A stretch of 17,442 nucleotides of DNA from Pseudomonadota bacterium (lineage in GTDB: Bacteria > Bdellovibrionota_C > UBA2361 > OMIW01), in NCBI GenBank assembly GCA_900299205.1, contig OMIW01000087.1:1-17442 (forward strand), in the 5' to 3' direction. Positions 9,301 through 16,522 of the stretch are shown piece by piece. The notes under the pieces are model-generated. The model was not told where the DNA came from and ran no database searches. It saw only the letters and a program-made list of their open reading frames with translations. The translations under genes were made by a program, and so were the position numbers. The first letter of the stretch is position 1; each line of letters starts with the position of its first letter.

Positions 9301-11316
9301 CGACAGGGAGATTCGGTGACTGGGAGCGTTGTGGTGGGAAGCCAGGTAGCATCCCAAGAGGTTTCAGGTGAGATAAATATAGCGGTGGAGCGCGGACTTG
9401 GAATTGGTTCGCCAGTGGTTCAGCGACCATTCTCTCTTACCGCCTCCGAGTCGGCGGTTGAACCGCTCAATCTAGTGAGTAGTTCAAATGTCGGAATGGG
9501 GGGAGTACGGGTAGAGATAAAGGGAGCAGCGCCTTCTCTGAAGATTGGTGGAGGACGAGAGTTTGATGTGACCCTTCGCTCTTCTGCAGAAGCGTTCAGT
9601 GAGGCAATTCCTCTCACCTCGGGATTCTGGAAGCTGGAGCGTCCGGAGAGTGTCAGCCGACTAGAGATTATTGGCACCCCTGGATTGGCCGCAGCGGTTA
9701 AGGAGGCCCAGAAATTCCTTCTCAGCTATCCCTATGGCTGCACCGAGCAGCTGTTAGCCTCGACCGTCCCCAATTTCCTAGCGCTTGCGGGGGAAAACTC
9801 ACCAGTAGCGAAGCAAAACCTCGCAACGGGATTGAGGAAACTATTAGCGCATCAGGGCCAGAGCGGAGGCTTTGGTATGTACGCAGGGGACAATCCCTCA
9901 GTTGACCTCACTGCCCTGGTGTATTCGACTCTCATTCCGTTTAAGGATGAAGCATCGCTTACGGGTACCGAAGTTGAGCGGTTGCTGGATGTAATCTTAG
10001 AACGGGGCAAGCAATATTTTCGAGGGATTAAAGAGGAAAACCCCGCAGAGGTATCGGTTGCGCGGGCGCGGGTGTTCGCCAAAATCGGCCCATCAGAGGT
10101 TCCGGGTTCAAATGGAACACTGGGAGAGGACACGTTGAGGAGGTTGTTTGAGGAGGTTGCCCGTAACGATAGTGCGCCGTCAATATCGGCGATAGCCACC
10201 GCATCAGAGCTTCTTCGTCAGTGGGGTGACTATCCTCCTGACGGGGTGTTCCCGCATGGAAATCGGGAAGCGTTCGTTTCACTGGTGAAGAAGCAGTTAC
10301 ACGTCGCCATATCTCAGATTAATTCCGATAGTTCTGGTAAAGGGATCGGGAAGGGTGATCTCCCGTTCTGGTCAGAGGGGAGTGCGCAGACGGCTTCAGT
10401 ATTGAGTGAGCTTTTCGCGTGGGATGAACTCAAGCCTGAGGAGGAGCGAACACTCGCTGAGTATCTCATGAAAGCGTACGATCCTGAGGATGGGTGGGGC
10501 TCCACTCTTGAGACCTCCTCGGTATTGCTCGGTCTGAGGGATTATCTCAGAGTTCGTGAAATTGGATCTAATGAGAGGGAGAAAGCTGATGGACGGGTAT
10601 GTCCGAGCAGTGTCTCGTTGGGTATCGGGTCCGAGACAGTTGCGTGTTTATGCCAAGAGTCGACTGTCCACTGTCTGATCGATAAAGAGAAGCTACGTGT
10701 GTCCCGAGAAGGCCACGTCTTGGTTAAATTGCCCGATTTGCCGAAATCATATCAACTAACTGCTCGTGTAGACCGAGAGGGTAAGCCGGGAGAAACTCCC
10801 CCAGCCGCAGGGGCTCTTCGCGTTGAGCGTACGTTGCTTCGAGTGATTGGCGGAGGCAAAACAGAAGCGGTAACCTCATCGACCAAGCTCCACCGTGGGG
10901 ACACGGTATTAAGTATTGTACGATTCTCCGATCTTCCCGCACCGCGACGACGCTGGCGGGTGAGAGCTGCGAGTAGTCTGTTCGTGGTGAAAGACACGAT
11001 ACCATCGATTGCCATCTCCGTGAATGACGAGCGCGAGGTCCTTGCTGATGCAGGTATTTCTGGTCCTGCGGAGTCAGAGGCATCGAATGATTATTGGGGC
11101 TCGATTCGCGAGACCCATCGGTTCCCGTGGCACATCGAGCGCGTCTTTCAGCTTCCCCGGAGGGAGTTTATTGGGAAGACAAGAACCGTCTACACCGGCT
11201 GGAAAGTTCTGTATTCCGGTAAAGCATCGCTCCCTGCGGCTCGCGTAACGGATATGTATAACGGTGAGCGATATGGGTTGGCCACGGGCGGGGTGCATGA
11301 AGTGGTTGCTGAATAG
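6262..11316 (+). CDS. Alpha-2-macroglobulin family protein (bacterial A2M/thioester-containing protein) with an intact thioester motif. The likely true start is ATG 6307 (GGAG 9 nt upstream) or ATG 6394, just before the signal peptide.
   Basis: 1684-aa ORF. Signal-peptide-like MGRVPNALRFFILFGILALATAVRA|DSP has no lipobox Cys. Thioester pentapeptide GCTEQ lies in LLSYPYGCTEQLLAS (codons 9736-9750, Cys residue ~1160 of the long ORF), at the position expected for the A2M thioester domain. The long beta-rich N-terminal two-thirds is consistent with macroglobulin (MG) domains. Overall length is typical of bacterial A2Ms (1500-2000 aa). The stop is at 11314-11316. Confidence 0.9.
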   Translation: MVDIAHEESEAEWMSMTERDEPMSMSGDTNRSSIAFGRIGQQCAMGRVPNALRFFILFGILALATAVRADSPFYLTVSRSMSEKEPVQIRLDSSDNQSPFLLRILKASDVDAYLDGQVMLSRAYEPPTTIPSLLRVFVDGANKAVSPLTTLKSALDKDFRRALHDSVSPPLRRFSSEPFVGPPSIRYDPPKGFSIIRQTYLDLSTSGKKADDAWWWFGETPWAMPEQAGYRTRVIYIDPLPPGLYTVQGIQGDNEAQALLQVSALSVQVKQSSKDLLIRIMNREGHPVSGVTARIRGRSGSWESISGVSNQDGELTVTRSEPFDGRLVVQVHSGLYGDALVTTDFLASSHEVQDAFIFTDRPIIKPGEEVFFGGIVRNFRDGRLEAGTTGSAGSMTLKNGDSTIGPLPITVSPEGSFSGMVPLPSDAIPGLYRVTATLDEKRYQGEVRIQEYVKPSFYLTFVEKPATLMPGQNVRLVLSAQRYRGGPAHHVRYEVFVYRKRFETPQFVADAGGGLVTGSDYYNDVRSGSALTQPQRVYSTVDKRIQDDSTGAVSLNPWASSPLMDDLGKATIEFVIPEVPQEQVNEQGGQEWIYTIVVRAQDDEGGNATASESIYVTKSLAYAAAGFAKTFYDEGDLAVPLSIQTSNASGDSVGLAKGEVRCTLEGIEGNENPLQTIPFVTDDKGSALVSIPLHRGERGVLRAYPKVTQVEDRPNPSPIEPDPSQTIIVGKKNEKIVKEPVLNLIQSRSVLSPGEHDTLVALLPEGALLGERQRMWVSVAGRKIYDRMSIPLSGSTLSIPIKAKPEYGTAFYVSVALPVAEGRFEERTVSYRIVPKDQLLRVEVAPEIDVVAPLQDAAIVLKVTDSEGTPVPQVETFTSVVDEAVYAVQPEFRPTLLSFFLPIDRLNVSSFLSDELQGYGYADRFFRANYRLHALKVQNQPKDRLMRDTAGFFPHRITDANGEVRIVVPMPSNVTKWRVSSLAIDRSGRLGEGRGYFSTKSDISVEARVPSFLRQGDSVTGSVVVGSQVASQEVSGEINIAVERGLGIGSPVVQRPFSLTASESAVEPLNLVSSSNVGMGGVRVEIKGAAPSLKIGGGREFDVTLRSSAEAFSEAIPLTSGFWKLERPESVSRLEIIGTPGLAAAVKEAQKFLLSYPYGCTEQLLASTVPNFLALAGENSPVAKQNLATGLRKLLAHQGQSGGFGMYAGDNPSVDLTALVYSTLIPFKDEASLTGTEVERLLDVILERGKQYFRGIKEENPAEVSVARARVFAKIGPSEVPGSNGTLGEDTLRRLFEEVARNDSAPSISAIATASELLRQWGDYPPDGVFPHGNREAFVSLVKKQLHVAISQINSDSSGKGIGKGDLPFWSEGSAQTASVLSELFAWDELKPEEERTLAEYLMKAYDPEDGWGSTLETSSVLLGLRDYLRVREIGSNEREKADGRVCPSSVSLGIGSETVACLCQESTVHCLIDKEKLRVSREGHVLVKLPDLPKSYQLTARVDREGKPGETPPAAGALRVERTLLRVIGGGKTEAVTSSTKLHRGDTVLSIVRFSDLPAPRRRWRVRAASSLFVVKDTIPSIAISVNDEREVLADAGISGPAESEASNDYWGSIRETHRFPWHIERVFQLPRREFIGKTRTVYTGWKVLYSGKASLPAARVTDMYNGERYGLATGGVHEVVAE

Positions 11317-13393
11317 AAATACGCTTCGAGAAGTAGCCTCGATATTTGTCATCGCACAAAGTCTGGCGAGTGGGGGTGGACTACAAAGACGGGCGGAATC
11401 GTACGCAGAGCGGTATACCAAAGTGGGGTATACCCTTCCCGAACGAATTGTCGTCACCGAGGCGGTAAACGGTGATGGATCGTTATCTGGACTACATGCA
11501 GGTGGCTGGTCACCGGGAGTCATCGGACTGCGAGCAAATCCAACGGGATTATTTGGTATCGATCAGTATCTTGCCCATGAATTAGCTCATGAGGCGGTAT
11601 TTCGGACCTGTGGAGGAATTCCCGAGTGGAAAAGTGAAGCGCTCGCGATGCTCTTGAGTGGTGAGCTCGCACAGGTCTGGGAGGTGGAGCAATCGGCTCT
11701 TAAGGATCGTGTGCATGATCGCAAGCTCCTGTGGGAGAGCGTCCGGGGTGTAAGGTCTTTCGAACCGGGTGCTGCTCGCGCACTACGTCAGATATTGCGA
11801 GCGTACGCACATCACAAACAACGACCGTGTGAGTTGCCGGAGGCAGCGGCCCAGGCTTTGCGTGGGCCAGTCCGAGATGAAACCCCTCGTTGGGTTGCAC
11901 TGTCTCTTTCGAGTGGTCGCTTGCTCGCCAAAAAGGGAGACATCTTCGATGAGGTCGCACCGGCCTCTCTGCTAAAGCTCCTCTATGTTGCGAGCGATAC
12001 TCGTGCTCTCTCCGTTGAGCAGGTTCAGGGGCTGCTCCGCAGTGATGAGGATCAGATTCGAGGGAGCAGTTCATTCGATCTAGGTCGCTACATGCTGATG
12101 TCAGCGCCTCTCCGAGATCACAGCAGTCTGCGAGAAGTTCCCCCAGCTCCGAGTGTTCTGATGGGTCAGGCAGATGCAGCCTCCTATCCCCTCCAGGGCT
12201 CATTGCAGGCGATTGCCCAAGCTGTTCGCAGTGCCATTCTTTTAAAGGGACGTTCATCTTGGAGCCCTTTGGTTAAGTTTGATGAGGATGAGAAGGCAAC
12301 AATCGGCATGGCCTCACAGAGCGTTCGACAGCTGATTCGAGAGCAGTCGGGCTGGGTAAAAACAGGCACAGCATCTTTGCACGATGGCACGCCCACAGAA
12401 GGAGTAATAGCGGTTGTGTGGCCGGCAACAGATCCGACCGTTCTACTGGTCGCTGCCCGAAACGGTGTGAAGGGAGCCCAGGTCTGGAATGGAGATGAGC
12501 CCACGCTCAATCGGGTCATGAAGCTTCTTGCGCCGTTTTCTCGAGATACGAAGAGTGAGGTTCTTTCGTTGCTTCCCCGAAACAGCTTTTCTATAAAAGC
12601 GCCATTTTCGGATACCTCCTGTGAACGGTTGATCCTCGATGATGGTGGCATTACCTCGACCTGTGGTGCTATTGAGATAGAAACCACCGTCAAGGGAGCC
12701 CTCCGTCGGCGATTCTTCCATGGAGTTCTCTCGTTTCGAGAGGATGCATTGGTTCTTCGGACGGATCCATACACCTACGGAGAGTATGTGGTTGAGGGCG
12801 AGGTAGCCCGGGAAGCTGGAGAACTGCGTGAGGCAGTTCAGATGGTCGGTGGTTGGAATAGTGCAAATGGCAACCACGGTCATCGATGGGGGACCGTGTG
12901 TGATACTTCGCATTGCATGGTTCAGAAGGGAAGCTCATCCCAATTGCTGCCACCAATCTCTCCTGAGCAGCTTGAACGCGTCGAACGCATATTTAGGATG
13001 CTTTCCGAATTTGCTGCGCGGCGAGGAGAGCGATGGTTCGAGTTTTCTTACAGCAAGCCAGCGGAATGGAGTCGAACGGTGCCAGTTATAGATGTTACCG
13101 CACGGATGGGGCTCGAGGGCAGTCTCTCGGTGTATCGTCAGCGAAACAAGGGAGGAGACGTGGCGATCGTGTTCAGCGGTGACGAGGTTACCCATGTAAC
13201 AACCTGCGATACTCTGATGGTAAAGCTCGATCTTCCCTCTTGCCCATCGCGAATCACGCAAGAGGAGGGGCTTGTTGCATTTCAGGGCGACATAGTCGGT
13301 CACGGTCGGGGGCTATCGATATGGGACTGGAATCGTCGTTGCATCGAGTCGCATTGCTCGGTTGAAGAAATTCTCCGGAGTAGCTATGGGTGA
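11264..13393 (+). CDS. Secreted multi-domain protein. It has an N-terminal zincin-like domain with a HExxH motif, a central PBP/beta-lactamase-like domain (SxxK ... KTG), and a Cys/His-rich C-terminal region. The probable start is ATG 11297, overlapping the A2M stop.
   Basis: 709-aa ORF. The weak signal-like N-terminus MKWLLNRNTLREVASIFVIAQSLASGGG begins at 11297. HELAH lies in QYLAHELAHEAVFRTCGG (11576-11590) and is followed by EALAML, a possible third ligand Glu. SLLK in APASLLKLLYVA (Ser 11966-11968, Lys 11975-11977) and, ~131 aa later, KTG in GWVKTGTASLHDGTPTEGVIAVVWPATDPTVLLVAARNG (12359-12367) match the serine-transpeptidase/beta-lactamase motif spacing and the context after KTG. The C-terminus carries repeated SHC/Cys-His blocks (GHRWGTVCDTSHCMVQ; RCIESHCSVEE). 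Confidence 0.65.
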   Translation: MSDMGWPRAGCMKWLLNRNTLREVASIFVIAQSLASGGGLQRRAESYAERYTKVGYTLPERIVVTEAVNGDGSLSGLHAGGWSPGVIGLRANPTGLFGIDQYLAHELAHEAVFRTCGGIPEWKSEALAMLLSGELAQVWEVEQSALKDRVHDRKLLWESVRGVRSFEPGAARALRQILRAYAHHKQRPCELPEAAAQALRGPVRDETPRWVALSLSSGRLLAKKGDIFDEVAPASLLKLLYVASDTRALSVEQVQGLLRSDEDQIRGSSSFDLGRYMLMSAPLRDHSSLREVPPAPSVLMGQADAASYPLQGSLQAIAQAVRSAILLKGRSSWSPLVKFDEDEKATIGMASQSVRQLIREQSGWVKTGTASLHDGTPTEGVIAVVWPATDPTVLLVAARNGVKGAQVWNGDEPTLNRVMKLLAPFSRDTKSEVLSLLPRNSFSIKAPFSDTSCERLILDDGGITSTCGAIEIETTVKGALRRRFFHGVLSFREDALVLRTDPYTYGEYVVEGEVAREAGELREAVQMVGGWNSANGNHGHRWGTVCDTSHCMVQKGSSSQLLPPISPEQLERVERIFRMLSEFAARRGERWFEFSYSKPAEWSRTVPVIDVTARMGLEGSLSVYRQRNKGGDVAIVFSGDEVTHVTTCDTLMVKLDLPSCPSRITQEEGLVAFQGDIVGHGRGLSIWDWNRRCIESHCSVEEILRSSYG

Positions 13394-13831
13394 CATGGTG
13401 GACAGGTAATCCGCAATGAATGACGCACTGTGGGGGACTCCCATGATTGCCCCCCGGTCACTCTTTGGCACTACGCCGAAAGGAAGCCTCTTTGGGGATG
13501 CTATCTCTTTGAAGCGGCGGCTCAGTAAAGTGGTAAAAACCGATCAGCTCAATAATAATAACGATTGAACCCAAAATGGGCAGAGCGGTTCACGGCGCCG
13601 TTTTTGAAGTTTTTCTTCGGTGATTGGTGGGTTAGCCCTGGACCACTAACCGATCCCTCAAGTTATGAATCTCTTATTCCGATACCGTCTTTTCGCGAGT
13701 CTCGAATCGGATCGGTTTTTTTAGCCGCAAACTGGATCGTATGGCTCCCTAAGCTCACCCTTCTTAATCGATAGTTGAAGAGAAAAAGGTCATCGGATTA
13801 AACTGGCCCCGCAAGGCATAGTGGCTTTTGA

Positions 13832-15919
13832 ATGCGGTCGAGAGAGGGAATTTTAGCTAACATTGAGGTTCTTATGGAAACAGTAACAAGCGATTTTGTT
13901 ATTTGGCGTTTCTTTTATCTGGTTTTGATCGGATTGGTAGGGTTTATCGCGTATAGAGGGCGTTTTATTCGTTACATTCCCAATAATCGGGTAGGTGTAG
14001 TAGAAAAGTTTTTTAGCACCCACGGATCGGTTGACGAGGGAATCATTGCTCTCAATGGAGAGGCTGGATATCAGCCGTCGGTGTTAAGAGGTGGATGGCA
14101 TCTTATGAAGCCGTTCATATACCGGATTCATAAGGTACCTTTAGTAACCATTCCGCAAGGCAAGCTTGGGTACGTTTTTGCGCGGGACGGCAAGGCACTA
14201 CTTCCCGAGCAGACCCTTGCGTCTAATGTTGAGGCATCTGACTTTGAAGATGTCGTTGATTTTCTCAGCAAGGGTGGGCAAAAGGGGCCTCAGCGGAAAA
14301 TTCTTCGGGAAGGAACTTACGCAATCAACCTCGCCCAGTTTGTCGTCATTACCCACGATACGCTCTACTATCACGATCTCGATGCGGGTGATGGCGCGCT
14401 GTTTCAGCAGATGGCTGAAGTCATCGCGGACCGCGGCGGTTTTGAGCCGGTCGTAATCAAGGACCGTGATGATAGTATCGGTGTGATAACCGTTCACGAT
14501 GGGCCATCGCTTAGTGAGGGCGAAATAATCGCCCCCATTGTCGGCAACGATGCCGGGGATAGGGATACCTTTCACAATAACTTTCAGGATCCGGAGGCGT
14601 TTCTCCGAGCTAAAGGAAGGAGGGGGCGACAATATCAGGTGCTCGTTGAAGGTACCTACTACATTAATCGATTATTTGCGACAGTTGAAGTCGTTCCGAA
14701 GACGATCGTAGAGGTGGGTCAAGTTGGTGTAGTGGTTTCGTACGTCGGAGCTCTCGGTGCGGATTTGTCGGGACTAGACTATAAGCACGGCGAATTGGTT
14801 CGGCAGGGTTCTCGTGGCGTATGGGAAACGCCGCTACTTCCTGGTAAATACGCTTTCAATACGTACGCTGGTAAAGTTGTAATGGTACCAACGACGAATT
14901 TTATTCTTAAATGGAATCGCTCGGAGACCGGTTCCCATAGGTTTGACGAAAATCTTGCAGAAGTTTCTCTTATCACTAAAGACGCTTATGAGCCGTCACT
15001 GCCATTAAGCGTTGTTGTGCATATTGATTATAAGAAGGCACCTCTGGTAATTCAGAGATTTGGAGACATTAAGCGGCTTGTCGAACAGACACTCGATCCA
15101 ATGGTTTCGGCCTATTTCAAAAACGTAGGTCAGACACGGACGTTGATTCAACTTCTCCAGGATAGGAGCGAAATTCAGCAGACATCATCGATGGAGATGA
15201 AAGCAAAGTTCGCCCACTACAATCTTGAGCTCGAAGAAGTATTAATTGGGACTCCGACATCAGGAGCGACCTCAGGGCAGATAGAGCAGATTCTGAATCA
15301 GCTGCGGGCCCGACAGCTTGCAGAGGAACAGGTGGAAACATATTCCCGTCAGCAGAAAGCATCGGTCAAAGAAAGGGAATTGAGGGAGACCGAGGCAAAG
15401 GCAAGGCAGCAGCAGGCGCTCACCGAATCTGAGATCAGTATCGAGATTCAATCAAATGAGGGAAAGGCCGAGTACCACCGGGCTTTGCAGCAGGCGGCTC
15501 AAATTCGTGCGCTTGCGGAGGCTGAAGCTGAGCGTGCAGCTCGAGTAGGAATTGGGCAGGCCATGGCTATCGAAGAGCAGGTGGCGGCCTATGGGGGTGC
15601 TCAATACCAGGTTCTGCAACAGGTGATAAACCGCTTTTCGGAAGCTATCGAAAAGTCCCGTGTAGATGTGGTTCCTAAGATAGTAATCGGCGGGGCTCAG
15701 GCCGGTAATAGTGAAAACTCGGGGCGCGGATTCTCTGGCGGTGGCGGTGCTAATGTTATCGAGGGGCTGATTGCTCTTTTGCTGTCCGAGAAGGTCGGTC
15801 TCGATATCCTGAACGAGTCTCGACCGCCACGAAATCCTGCCACCGAGGCAATGCGAAAGGCGATATTGACAAATATTGAAGCGGCAAATGAGACCAGTGA
15901 TCTCGAAGTGGGTAAATGA
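13832..15919 (+). CDS. SPFH/band-7 (flotillin-family) membrane protein with a long C-terminal Ala/Glu/Gln-rich coiled coil. The probable start is ATG 13874.
   Basis: 695-aa ORF. The N-terminal TM helix FVIWRFFYLVLIGLVGFIAYRG is followed by a beta-rich SPFH-like region. The C-terminal ~200 aa are flotillin-like EA/Q-rich coil (ARQLAEEQVETYSRQQKASVKERELRETEAKARQQQA...ALAEAEAERAARVG). A GAGG at 13865-13868 precedes the ATG at 13874. Confidence 0.7.
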   Translation: MRSREGILANIEVLMETVTSDFVIWRFFYLVLIGLVGFIAYRGRFIRYIPNNRVGVVEKFFSTHGSVDEGIIALNGEAGYQPSVLRGGWHLMKPFIYRIHKVPLVTIPQGKLGYVFARDGKALLPEQTLASNVEASDFEDVVDFLSKGGQKGPQRKILREGTYAINLAQFVVITHDTLYYHDLDAGDGALFQQMAEVIADRGGFEPVVIKDRDDSIGVITVHDGPSLSEGEIIAPIVGNDAGDRDTFHNNFQDPEAFLRAKGRRGRQYQVLVEGTYYINRLFATVEVVPKTIVEVGQVGVVVSYVGALGADLSGLDYKHGELVRQGSRGVWETPLLPGKYAFNTYAGKVVMVPTTNFILKWNRSETGSHRFDENLAEVSLITKDAYEPSLPLSVVVHIDYKKAPLVIQRFGDIKRLVEQTLDPMVSAYFKNVGQTRTLIQLLQDRSEIQQTSSMEMKAKFAHYNLELEEVLIGTPTSGATSGQIEQILNQLRARQLAEEQVETYSRQQKASVKERELRETEAKARQQQALTESEISIEIQSNEGKAEYHRALQQAAQIRALAEAEAERAARVGIGQAMAIEEQVAAYGGAQYQVLQQVINRFSEAIEKSRVDVVPKIVIGGAQAGNSENSGRGFSGGGGANVIEGLIALLLSEKVGLDILNESRPPRNPATEAMRKAILTNIEAANETSDLEVGK

Positions 15920-16091
15920 AAGAGATTGTTCGGAAAAGTTTGCCTTTTTCTGAGGCCGAGGGGCGTAAAGTGCCCCTCCCCTCTGAAGCAAGGCTCAGGT
16001 GATACGCCCGCAGTTCCTCGTACCCTGAAACTTACCCCTTTCGAAACAGCTCAACCGCAACGCGACCATCGAGAAACATCAGCTTGCCCAC

Positions 16092-16140
16092 GTTACCCTC
16101 TGCCGAGCATCGATGGAAATCCTGCTCGGTGGAGGGTAAC
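16092..16140 (+). other. Long imperfect inverted repeat (49-nt stem-loop) in the flotillin 3' intergenic region. It may be a structured RNA element or a protein-binding palindrome.
   Basis: GTTACCCTC-TG-CCGAGCA (16092-16109), loop TCGATGGAAATCC, then TGCTCGG-TG-GAGGGTAAC (16123-16140). Arms of 9 bp and 7 bp are separated by a 2-nt mismatch. It sits immediately upstream of the terminator-like hairpin. Confidence 0.3.
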
Positions 16141-16151
16141 AAGGAGTCCGG

Positions 16152-16184
16152 CTTGTTGTGTACCACACGACAAGCACCGTTTTT
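16152..16184 (+). terminator. Candidate intrinsic terminator in the 3' region of the flotillin gene
   Basis: Stem CTTGTTGTGT (16152-16161) / ACACGACAAG (16165-16174), 10 bp with one G-U, closed by a 3-nt loop. After a 5-nt spacer comes TTTTT (16180-16184). The spacer between stem and T-tract is atypical, which lowers confidence. Confidence 0.35.
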
Positions 16185-16522
16185 GAAACTGGGTTCATCT
16201 GAATCAGAGGAGTGGTGACCGTGTTATAGCTGGTCAGGCAAAGTTTTTTTATTATTATCCCGGACCCACTGAAAGAGCAGTAATGGCCTTTCTCGAAATT
16301 ATTTATCACGGATTTTTTGGTCCTCAAGGTTCAAGGCTTAAAATGTATATTTAAAGACCCCGATTGGGCGCTCTTACTAAGATATTGCTACTGTTGCTCG
16401 GAGTAACACCAACATAAGGCTGGGTAGCATTCGAGATCATAGGTACTCGTGCGGATGAGAAAAAAGGTTTCAAATCGTAACATTAAATTGGGACGCAACC
16501 TATCAAATAAGAATTGAAAAGA

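Noticed and set aside
13565-13774. 69-aa ORF (TTG start) in the flotillin upstream region, considered as a possible NfeD-like partner
   Set aside because: It is too short for NfeD and has no OB-fold-like segment, no RBS and an unusual start codon. It is more likely non-coding promoter or UTR sequence.
15926-16327. Track ORFs 15926-16186 (+, 86 aa) and 16079-16327 (-, 82 aa)
   Set aside because: They span the hairpin-rich intergenic region after the flotillin gene. Their translations are Pro/Arg/Cys-rich with no RBS. The region is better explained as a terminator or structured RNA.
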